Source: Amoebophrya sp. A120
Lineage: Eukaryota; Protista; Dinoflagellata
Length of the DNA stretch: 64,000 bases
NCBI GenBank assembly: GCA_905178155.1
Contig: CAJINV010000012.1
Coordinates: forward strand, 2,581,407-2,645,406
Direction of reading: 5' to 3'
Position 1 is the first letter of the stretch. Each line of letters starts with the position of its first letter. Below are positions 26,301-36,228 of the stretch, piece after piece. Under the pieces are notes generated by a model, which searched no databases, was not told the DNA's origin, and worked only from the letters and a program-made list of their open reading frames with translations. A program made the translations under genes and the position numbers.

Positions 26301-28663
26301 GTGGCCACAAATCCGCACCACAAATTCTCTGAGGCGTGCCTTTTCGATATGGGGAGGAGGGATTTTTCCTTACGATATTGTCCGCCCCGTCCTTGTTGTA
26401 ACTGCTCTGGTATATCACACAGAAAAAAGCTGCACGCAGGTCATATTTGTAAATGCAGAGTACGAGTGAATAAATAGACTATGTACTGCATGTCCGAAGC
26501 ATAAAAATGCTATATTAAGATTGCCACCCATGACAGATTTTTCTGGTGCGTATAATCCGGGTGCTAATTTATTTTACACATATGCCCTGCCTGCTTTTTT
26601 CTGCGGGATATGGTACGACGATACTTGCTTTTGCAAATCTTGATCTTCGGAACGCCAGGGCCCGACGTAAAACTGCATCCGTTTCATATTAGAGCCGGAC
26701 TTTGCTTTCAGCAGGGTCATATCCTGTGCAAAAGTATCGTACTCGTATTGGAGTCATGCAGTACAAATCTTTTTCTTAAGGTAAATCCGCATTACAAATT
26801 TTATTTCTCATGCTGAGGAAATTTGTAATGCATTTATACGAGTACGATACTTTTGCAATGCATAGGTCACGTAGCCTTCACAGACACACATGAATTCCCG
26901 GTTGTGATTCACATACGACTGCAACAAGTTCTATGGCGTTCTCAAACGTTACATTCTCAACCGTTACATGAAATTTGTCATGCAAGAATGGCAAAAGTGA
27001 AAGGGAAAAGATTGGCCCTTTTGCATTACAGGTTTGGAGCAGATTTTAATGGTATCCAGCGCGTCGAGAAGTTGGCATGCGGAGAAGGCTTGATCGTGTG
27101 CAGAGCGATAGTGTTTTTGCATGACAAATCATGTAACAGTTAAGAATGTAACATTTGAGAACGCCATAAGTTCCTCGCCTCTTCAGGTAAATTCTGTTCT
27201 TTCCAGTGGTCCCAGTAGTTCGCAATATTTTGCGAAGCCTGCTGCCAAACCACGCCCGCCATCGAACTGAAGACTCCTTGCTGGGCTGGTGGCGGAGTTG
27301 CGGGTAGACGTCCGCCGCCGCGCGCGCCCTGTTCTTGTGTAGTAGTTTCTTGCAGTAGTGCGGAAGATGTAGTTGCATCGCCTCCTCGTTGTTGTGCGTC
27401 CTCTGTGTCCTCAGTCGCTTTCCTGCTGTTCTTGCCGGCGGAAGTAACACGATCCCTGTTTCTTGGTGGAGCGAGATCTTGTTCCACTGCCGCATCTAAA
27501 TCATTTTGGTTTTGCGCTTGATCATCATCTTCCTGTTTTCCTCGTGCGTTGTCCGTGCTAACGGTAATTCGTTGTCTGCTAGCAGTAGCAGAGGTGGTAG
27601 TGCCCTCGTCATCCATTACCGGCCTGTAGTTACTGCTCGTCCCGGCGAAATCCAGGTCAAGAAACGCCGTACTAGTATGTTGAGTACTTGTACTGCTACT
27701 ATCAGCTCCTCGTCCTCTGAAATGATTCGTATTGCCGCGTAGTTGATGAACGTCGCGGTCGCGGTCCTCGTGCAGAAGAATTTTGTCGTCCACCGATGAT
27801 GATGTGCTGTCCCCTCGTCGTCCCACCTCGTCTCTGCCTTTATTTTGCTCCACGTCAAGGAGCGTCCTTTGATTGAAAGATGTTCCGGACGATCTGGTTG
27901 AAAGTTCTACTTTGGGAAGATGCTCTACTTGCCCGCGAAGTTTCTCTTCGTGCTCCTTCTGCTGTAATTCTGCCATCGGACGAATAAATTCATCAGCATC
28001 CTCATCTTCCTCCCCTTGTTGTTCTTCTAGTACTTCTGCTCGAGCCTGCGGGTCGTCGTGCAACATTTTCAGCTGCTCGACACCGATATCCTCGTCCCCC
28101 TGATTCTCGATTTCCTCGTACTCTTCATCCGTGAAAAAGGAACCGCTGTCATCTTCTTCCTCTTCAATAAAAGCAGAGCCCGTCGTGGTAGTTCCACCGC
28201 TGGGGACGATGTCGTCCTCGTCGTCCTGCAGATGCTCGTCTTCGAAATAAGCTTCCTGGTCGAGGAACGGCGCCTCTTGTTGCAGCTCCGCGCTACTACT
28301 ACCTGCTTCCTCCGCATAGGAATTATCGCCGGTGCCGGCCGAAGATGCCGAAGTGGTTTCTCTGTTAATATTAGTTCTTGGCGTGGTACTCCTATCTTGA
28401 TCTTCAGGAGCAGCTTCTTGCACGACCGCTGTGGTCGTCCAGACGATGTCCTGGTAGGACGATTGGAGAAACAAGATGCCCAGAAACAGAATCGCTCTAT
28501 TATTATAATTCCGCTTGCGATAATTATATGCTAGGGAAAGTAGAGCGGAAACGGTCAGAATCTGGTGGACGACCCAAAGCAAGACTTGTTGCACAAAAAA
28601 CCGGAACGTGACAACAAAATCCTCAAAAACGTGGTGGTTGCGCGGTTTGTGCGTTCGCCGCAT
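23307..28663 (-). CDS. Hypothetical 930-aa protein, 12 exons: N-terminal hydrophobic segments, acidic low-complexity region, Cys/aromatic-containing C-terminal domain
   Basis: Removing 11 introners plus one 5-bp DR each gives one uninterrupted frame (2793 nt) from ATG 28663 to TGA 23307; no family recognised. Confidence 0.75.
23455..23611. mobile_element. Introner family B
   Basis: TATGCAATGCAAAAGCATCG...CGATACTTTTGCACAGGATA; DR ccgtt. Confidence 0.9.
23803..23917. mobile_element. Introner family E (CCATCCCC subtype)
   Basis: TATCCACAAAAAAAGAACC...GGTTCTTTTTTTGTGGATA; DR aataa/agtaa. Confidence 0.85.
23978..24179. mobile_element. Introner family G
   Basis: TATCGCCAGAAAAAACTG...CACTTTTTTCGTACGATA; DR ggtgt. 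Confidence 0.85.
24468..24757. mobile_element. Introner family F
   Basis: TATTCCGTGCAAAAACGTC...GACGTTTTTCCACAGGATA; DR atcaa. Confidence 0.85.
24962..25244. mobile_element. Introner family F
   Basis: TATCCTGAGTAAAAACGTACCCACAC...GTGTGGGTACGCTTTTACTCAGGATA; DR agccc/acccc. Confidence 0.9.
25299..25612. mobile_element. Introner family I
   Basis: TATCAAATGGAAAAATCCCCCC...GGGGGGATTTTTCCTCTCAATA; DR ggtcg. Confidence 0.85.
25746..25999. mobile_element. Introner family A
   Basis: TATCAACTGCAAATATGTCTGGGTCTG...CAGACCCAGACACTTTTGGATTTGATA; DR tctcg. Confidence 0.9.
26064..26377. mobile_element. Introner family I
   Basis: TATCAAAATGAAAAATCCC...GGGATTTTTCCTTACGATA; DR ttgcc/ttgtc. Confidence 0.85.
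26413..26610. mobile_element. Introner family K
   Basis: TATCACACAGAAAAAAGC...GCTTTTTTCTGCGGGATA; DR tggta. Confidence 0.85.
26720..26864. mobile_element. Introner family B
   Basis: TATCCTGTGCAAAAGTATCGTACTCGTAT...ATACGAGTACGATACTTTTGCAATGCATA; DR ggtca. Confidence 0.9.
26932..27168. mobile_element. Introner family D
   Basis: TATGGCGTTCTCAAACGTTACATTC...GAATGTAACATTTGAGAACGCCATA; DR agttc. Confidence 0.9.
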
Positions 28664-28879
28664 TTTGATTTTCACCACCGGCGACAAGCGCCACGCTGGC
28701 GTTGATCCTGATCTTCCTCCGGAGCGCGGAGGAAGGCACAGTTAATACGACGTGGTGCTTTATCGACTTCAACAATTCCTTGATGTACATGTAGTCGGAA
28801 AAGGAAAGGCTTCTTGTAGCTGCTGTGCTGCATTTTTAACGCCAATCCATTTCCTCACACGAAGATCTTCTTCCAAAAT

Positions 28880-29040
28880 TATCACAGGAAAAAGTGTTAA
28901 CGTTAACGGAATTTGTGATGCAGTAATGCATCGCAAAACGTGCCCAAATTTGTCATGCATAGCATGCATACTAGGCAAAATTTGTCATGCATATTTGCAA
29001 TCCATGAAAACCGTTAACGTTAACACTTTTTTGCTTGATA
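28880..29040. mobile_element. Introner family G, upstream of the 930-aa gene (5' UTR or small ORF)
   Basis: TATCACAGGAAAAAGTGTTAACGTTAACGG...CCGTTAACGTTAACACTTTTTTGCTTGATA; DR aaaat. Confidence 0.85.
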
Positions 29041-30328
29041 AAAATCTGGTCAAAATCATGGTTGGAACGGCGCCGACCCGACCCGCCCGGTCCGGTGGCT
29101 CTCGGCTTCTAGGGTGAGTCATAATTGAAAACAAAAACCAATACTCAGCTTCAGAAAGAAGATCTCGAGAGCAAGACCAGCTGGTGCTGTTTACAACAGT
29201 CGCGCCGCTCGTCCCTCGTTGCTTAGAAGCAATACTGCTCTCAGAGATAATGACAAAAAACCTGTACAATGATGTGAAAGAGTGCTCCACTTTCACAGAT
29301 CATACTTCTTAGCTCTTCGGTTTTGTAGTTTGCTGACGGCGCATGCTCATTCTGCTCTCAGCTACAAGATTTCTTTTTCTTTATCGTTGGCGCAAGAGCT
29401 TCTTGAGGCTCGTCAAAGAAAGCACTGACACTGAACGAAATCAGATGATCATTGAAAAGACGAACAATTTCCGCAAGAAAGTTTCCTACACCTACAGGTG
29501 GAGGAGGTGACCATGATCATTGTTCTCCGATTTGTATATAGTGTGTCAATTGCATTTCGTTCTCTACTTCTTGCTCCTGCGCGTTTCTACTACATGTTGG
29601 TTCGGTTTGTCACTCTTTCTTCCAAAGAAGAAAAAGATTGTCTCTGTGTGGTAGCTATTTGCTGGTGCTAGTCTCGGTCGTGTTGCAATGTGCTCTTGTC
29701 TTTCCGATTTCCACTGCTAGAAGCTGCAAGAACAGATTGCATGATAAAAGTTGATGTGCCGACAGGGAAACATCCTACAACTTAGTTTGCTTCGTGTTCG
29801 TTCAACCATCCAGCCGCACTTCACCAGGAAATGTTGAAGCTGGTCGGAGATGATCAACGACTCTGCTGCTTGTTCATCGTTTTGGTCGATTGCTGCTTGT
29901 TCATCATGCGTGGCCTCCGTGCCGTACTTCATTTTGGTATAATGCAGCGAAGCAGAGCATGATTCCTCGTCGGCTCAACATCTCCACTTCATCTATTCTG
30001 CATCTGCTCCGCGCCTGGCCTATAGAAAATCGGTGCCGAAGTTGTTGGTGCAACATCCACCATCCAGTAGTCTTCTCGTCGTACCTTCTCTAGAACGTGC
30101 AGAGTCGATTACATAGCACACACTAGCACCACGACTTCAACTTCGCTTATGGTCGTCGTGCAGGAGCGCAGCGAAGTGAGATTTGATTGTTGTTTGTTGT
30201 TGTTCATTTTTGTCGGAGTACTAGAAATTGTTCTAGTAGTATTAGAAAGTTTGCTGCTGGTGATGAACTAGTACTTGCTCGCAAAGCCGCCGTAGTAAAA
30301 GCAAACCCTGAGCAGGTGCAGTCAACCT

Positions 30329-31020
30329 CTAGTTCATGTGCTTCTTGATCTGATCCCTCTCCGCGATACCCTCCTCATACAGAAACGCTGCGACGTCGTT
30401 TCTCTTGTCCCCCTGTAGCTGGATGACGGTCCTGATGGAAGATTCACCATAACAGATTTTGATTTTCTTTGTCGAATATTAAACATTAACATTGTCATGC
30501 GATAAAGCAAGCACACAGAATTTTGTCATGCTAAAAATACATCAACGAGACACTAAAAAAAAACTCCCATCATGTATACCCGAAGTTGTCATCCTCTACG
30601 ATGTTGCCGTTGCAGTTGAGACTTTTTTTCAGGTACTTCACGATTTTCTTGTGGTTAAAGCACGCGGGTACGCCCGTGATTAGGGTGAAAGACTTCTTCC
30701 CATTACGCTGCTGGTTTCGGATGTGGATATACTGCCTTGTCACGTCCTCCTCACCCTTATCACCCATGCCCTGTTGATACGATAATTCGACAAATTGAGG
30801 TTTCTTTGATCATATGATTCGAGAAAAAAAATTTGATGGTTCACCGATTTACATAGTTTTATCTAAGTAGTCATTGCTGTTCAGCTTCAGCATGAAGATA
30901 GCAGACTCTTGTCATGCATTTCTAGGCTGATGTACTCGCAAGGCAACAAAAAAAATCCCATTGAAATTATACCCCGCCACTCTGGCCGAAGAGCTCGTCC
31001 TCTGGTTTGAAGCTCGCCAT
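30329..31020 (-). CDS. SUI1: Translation initiation factor eIF1/SUI1, 3 exons; GT-AG introns 30771-30972 and 30432-30579
   Basis: YIHIRNQQRNGKKSFTLITG, KKSLNCNGNIV and G|TVIQLQGDKRN are SUI1 signatures; first exon MASFKPEDELFGQSGG inferred. Confidence 0.9.
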
Positions 31021-34000
31021 CGTGTGTGAAGAAGAAGATGCTGCTGCGAGACTCGCGAATGTCGGTTAGACGCCACACAATCGATGGTTTATGTCAAGGT
31101 GATTTTTTATCGTCCTTTGCACCAAAGAAGTTTATGATCACGTTAAAAATCTTCGAGAAAGTCTACTTACAACTGGGGCAGTAAAAAAACAAGCTTTTCA
31201 AACAAGAAATTATCGAATATTATGGATTCTGGGTCGCGACGAGAACAAATAGAGATGAGCAGTGCAATCTTTCTTGAACATAAGCTTATGGTGATAAAAA
31301 GATGAAACTGTGTCGCGGGCTGCCTGTAGAGCACTGTGGAGAGGTGGTATTTTTATCGACAGCAGTTCGATTATTTGTGGTTCGTCAGCATGAGGTTCTT
31401 GGTCACCATAGAAATAAACACGTTTCATTTATTCAACAAAATTTCTAGGCCGTCTTAATGTCCAGCACGACCTCCGGGTGGTCTACTTAACACTTCAAAT
31501 TTGGATCGAAGTTGCACGAAGATCGTCGAGGCTTTACTATCACGCAGGCACAACGAGCAGTAGTTCGAAATCAATGCCAATACGTGCTGTACATCAGGAT
31601 CGTCAATCTCCTCCTCTTTCGTTTTTCTTTTTTGTTTATGTATATAATTTCACCTTCTCTGCGCAATTCACCCATAGAGTGAACGCGCGCGCAACCAACG
31701 GAAGCGAATGACGTGCAGAAGCGCGTCGCAGTGATAGTCGCAAGACCTCGAGCGACAGTCACAATGGCAGCCAAGAGAGAACCCGGCCGGCACAACGAGC
31801 TACGGGTAGCAGGCCATGCAAGCCAGGCTCTCGGCCCCCACAGAGCCATGCCCCGGACATAGAGGTGGCCCAAGCCGCGAGGCGCGACTGGGACCGCCGA
31901 ATATCTAGGGCGGGCTTGCGAGGGGTGCCGCAAGGGGTCTCGCAACCTCAAGTCGGGTGGGCGGGTGGGAAAAAACGCAAAATCTAGGCGAGCCAAGACA
32001 AAAACGCAAAATCTAGGCTCCCAAATGTGACTAAATAAGTAAGGCCCGGGAGGGTTCCGCGGACTCGTCTCGTGGCGGAAGCAGCACAAAGCACTGCGCA
32101 ACCGACCACGCGTCTCGGTAAGTAGACACTATCTGTCGTGTCTGTGTTTAGTTTAAGTTTCGCAAAGGCCACAAAAGCGTCCCCAGGCCCGTTGGATGAG
32201 TCAGGATCTCCTGGGAGACCCCGAAGCAGGAGAAGAGCGAACCTGTTCACAGAAGCAAAAGTGCATCTATGCAGCGCTCCCTCTCGCCCCCACACCAACC
32301 GCTGAACCCCTCGACTGCGTCGACTGCATTCAAGCAATCAACACCGGCGGACCGACGCCGAGGAGCGAAGGACGGAGTCGCGAAGCCGATAGGCCACGCT
32401 CCTCAGCTCTCCTTCCGTGTCAGCACTCCTGATACTTCCACACGAAGTGCTACCTACAACATGCCGCGCAAGATGCAAGCAAGCATCCATGTGGAAGCTG
32501 CAACGAAGACGTCACGAGCTCCGAAGAGCAGCATGCTAAACATCAGGATCGTCAATCTCCTCATCTTTCGTTTTTCTTTTTTGTTTATGTTGTTATCACG
32601 AGAAAAAGTGTACACGTACACGGTTTCGCGTTTTTCCGAAAAAAATTTTTTGCTTCCTCCCACAAGAAGATCGCTTGTATCATTGAAAGCACTCCCTACG
32701 AAGCTAGCGAGGCTGGGAATCTGCCAGAGCTGGAGCATCTAGCTCACACGCCCAAAGGGCCGTAAGCAAGGCCCAGGATAGCCGGGAAAAATAGACTCAC
32801 TTAGCTTGCCGCCGTTCTTGGCCTCATCTCATAATTGCGACAACAGGGTCGAGATGGCCACCAGCTCTCGCTCTGGTATCTAGAGGCGGGCCGGCGGCGG
32901 CTCCTACACCCAGCGGGCCAGGTTCTCCTGGCACCGACGACAAAAGGCGCCCAACAACGCGCCGCCACCATCAAAACCAGGCGGGGGCCTCCTTTTGGAG
33001 AGGCAAATCGTCCGTGCCATGCTGTCTAGAGATGATGTACACGGTTTTTCTTGGGGTCAAGAAAATCCCCAGGAAAAGAGGCAAATTTTTCTGAATTTCG
33101 AGTGCGGAAATCGCGCAACACCAAAAAACCGTGTACATCGCATCTAGCCTGCATGGTATGATGGATGTACACGGTCTGCAAAGTGGTCGGGCCCGGGGAG
33201 AGGCATTCTGAGCCGTGTACATCGACCATACCGTGGGATCTAGATGCGATGCACACGGTTTTTTTGGGCCCTTTATAAATTTTGTTGCAGATTTGCCACT
33301 TTTGAAACCGTGTACATGGACCATAGCGTGGTGGCTAGGTTCCATGAGCGGCACCATACCTCAGGATCGTCAATCTCCTCATCTTTCGTTTTTCTTTTTT
33401 GTTTTTGTCTTACTGAAAAGGCGACGGGGGGGATCTGTCTGCCTCACACTTTTTCAAAACTTCCAAAAAACTTTCCGCGATCTGTTTCCCGCCCTAAAAT
33501 CATTCGCCCAATTTGGGGCGGGGAAAAGACCGCAACAGTCACACGGGCTGCGCGCTGCCAACACATGGCGCAAGAGGATAGGAAGGTTGCCACGCTACCC
33601 GTCGCGCGCCCTGTGCTATGACATGGCCCGCCTCCCGGGCGGCGCGGCGCAGGGCCCAGCGGCCGCGGGGCCTCTCCTTTCCTCCCGGTCGTGGACTACA
33701 TGAGAGGGGTCTCTCGGGTAATGCCAATCCTGCATCGCCCAGACAAAACAATCCCGGCCAAGGAACGAACATCCACAGCCCGGCGCCGCGATGGCCCCCC
33801 CGGGTGCTGCCAAGTGTGCAAAAAAAGGAGCCGCGCAGCCCCGCGAACACCTCGAAGGGTGCCACACCTCGAAGGGCGGTAGACCGCGCCAAACCTCACG
33901 CGCCCGACGCCATGGCCCCGGAGAGCGCCAACAATTTCCCACAAAAGCAAGCGCCTGAACTTCGTGCACGCGAAGGTATGGCGCATGCACAGAAAAATGG

Positions 34001-34512
34001 GCACGCTCCAAGCTGGCCTCTCGCAACCTCGTGCACGCGACGGCACGGCCCTCCTGAGTGCCAGAAAAAAGACCCCGCCCAACTTCGTGCGCGCGGCGCT
34101 ATGACCCTTCTGGGCGAGGCAGGATTTTGCGAAAAAAAACCCCGCTTCAACTTCGTGCACCACGCGAAGGTATGGTCCACGGAACTGCCAAAAAGAGCGC
34201 GGCAGCTGGCCCATGGCCGAAATACTTTGAAAACACTTTGAAAATACTTTGGAAAACACTTTGTGAATGCTTTGCAAAACTGCCGGCCAACTGGCCGGCT
34301 GAGCGGCACCATACCTTCGCGTGTACATCAGGATCGTCAATCTCCTCCTCTTTCGTTTTTCTTTTTTGTTTATGTCATAGGTATGAGGGTCTTTAAACTT
34401 TGAAAAAAGACTTTTGTCCTTTGATATCACGTGATATCACGTGATATCAAAGAAGAAAAGGAGAAAAGTCGATTGTGCTGTTGATATCACAACACGCGTG
34501 ATATGTAGAAAA

Positions 34513-34735
34513 ATGCAAAAACAGAAGGAATTGATGCAAAAACAGAAGGAATCGATGCTAAGACAGAAGGAATTCATGCTAAAGCAGAAGGATTTGATGC
34601 TGAAGCAGAAGGATTTGATGCCAAAGCAGAAGGAATTGATGCTAAAGCAGAAGGGTTTGATGCTAAAGCAGAAGGATGTGAAGCAAAAACAGAAGGACTT
34701 GCACCAGGATGTGAAGCAAAAACAGAAGGGCTTGC
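34513..34735. repeat. 21-bp tandem repeat (AAA(A/G)CAGAAGGA(A/T)TTGATGCT-like), ~10 units
   Basis: Direct inspection; produces a QKQKELM-type ORF. Confidence 0.85.
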
Positions 34736-34867
34736 ACCCAAACCTTAGCCACCGAGCTCGTCTCCGCTCTGTTTCGCAGTGACGATCAGAAGGAGCTTGC
34801 CTCCACTACGTGTTGACGCGGAGATCAGCGGCCGGCTCCTAAGGAAGAGATTTCCTATAAAGAAACG

Positions 34868-35175
34868 CGGAAAGCCCAGGGGCGAGCGATTTCCTAAAAG
34901 AAATCATGCGGAAAACCCGGACGAAGCGATTTCCCAAAGGAAATCATGCGGAAAGCCCAGGAGAAGGGATGTCCCAAAGAAAATCACGCGGAAAGCCCAG
35001 GAGAAGGGATTTCCCAAAAGAAATCACTTGGAAAGCCCAGGAAAGGGGATTGCCCAAAGGAAATCATGTGGAAAGCCCAGGAGAAGGGATTTCGCAAAGG
35101 AAGTCATGCGAAAAACCCAGGAGAAGGGAATTCCCAAAGGGAATCACGCGGAAAGCCCAGAAGAAGGGATGTCCC
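34868..35175. repeat. ~41-bp tandem repeat (GGAAAGCCCAGGAGAAGGGATTTCCCAAAGGAAATCATGC-like), ~7 units
   Basis: Direct inspection. Confidence 0.85.
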
Positions 35176-36228
35176 CTTCTGAAGGAAATCTCGAGAAGCC
35201 CCGACTGCCTAAGTAAGATGTTTGGAAAAGGGGGCTTCTTATAGAGAAAACGAGGGGCGAATGCGTTCAGGGCACAAAAAAACGGTCTCCGGGAACAGGA
35301 CCACTGCTACGGGGCCTCTCCCTACGCTACACTCACCGACCCCCCGCTACATTCGGAGGCAAAAATCGACCTCAAGACCCACACCTTTCCTGGGCAAGAC
35401 GCGCCCAGGGTAGCCAGAATGCCCTATGCTAAACACTGCGCGACGGGAAAAACGCCCAGCGCCCTGCCCGAAGCCATTCTCTGCGCGAGGCCAATCAAAA
35501 ACGCCTCCGCGGCAAGCCTGGGACTTATGGCAGCGGGTGAGCTGTTCCCAGGGTAGCCAGAGTGCACTATGCTAAACACAGCAATGCGGGAAAAATAAAA
35601 GAAAGCAATGCGGGAAAAATAAAGTGCACTATGCTGTACATCAGGATCGTCAATCTCCTCCTCTTTCGTTTTTCTTTTTTGTTTATGTCGTGAGCGTCAC
35701 ACGAGAAGTAATAAATAACTCACCATCAACATGTTCTTTACAAATTTTCTCTGGAGGACGACAATTTTGATCGCAATTATTTCATCGGAATGGTTCGTCT
35801 TTTCAACTTCTCTCGAACAGCCTGCTGCGATTTCGATCTGCAGGAGAGGACCTGTGTATTTTTGACCTTCCTCTCGATGCAAGTCGTGTATGTGATTTAC
35901 ATTTTCCACGGATCATGTCATGCATGTAGTTTGTGACAAGTGTCACCAAAAAGCAACTCCAGTGTCAGCATGTGCATCTATCTGATGGGAAACCTGAATG
36001 AAACAAGATAAATTTACTATGTATTTAGGATTCTCTGTAGAAAACGAGCTGCTGCTCTTCTGAAAAAAAAAACAGTTGTATGAAAGATGTATTGAGGAAG
36101 TGCACCTTATCTACCTAGTGGCCAGCACCTGGTTGAACTGCTGCTCCTCTCATCTGGCTGTAGGGATGATAAACATAAAACTCATACTCAACCTGAGCTG
36201 CTCTTACTAATATATACAACTGCTTCTA

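Larger units (their letters stand above)
31588..35688. repeat. Array of five direct ~52-bp repeats separated by four dissimilar 0.75-1.25 kb cassettes
   Basis: ACATCAGGATCGTCAATCTCCTC(C/A)TCTTTCGTTTTTCTTTTTTGTTTATGT at ~31588, 32540, 33357, 34322 and 35635. Confidence 0.9.

Noticed and set aside
34441-35244. QKQKELM and RKAQEKG repeat ORFs on the plus strand
   Set aside because: Explained by the 21-bp and 41-bp tandem repeats; the 41-bp unit is not a multiple of 3 and is open in several frames.
31588-35688. CRISPR array interpretation
   Set aside because: Spacers are 0.75-1.25 kb, the repeat is not palindromic, there are no cas genes and the context is eukaryotic; kept as an unexplained array instead.
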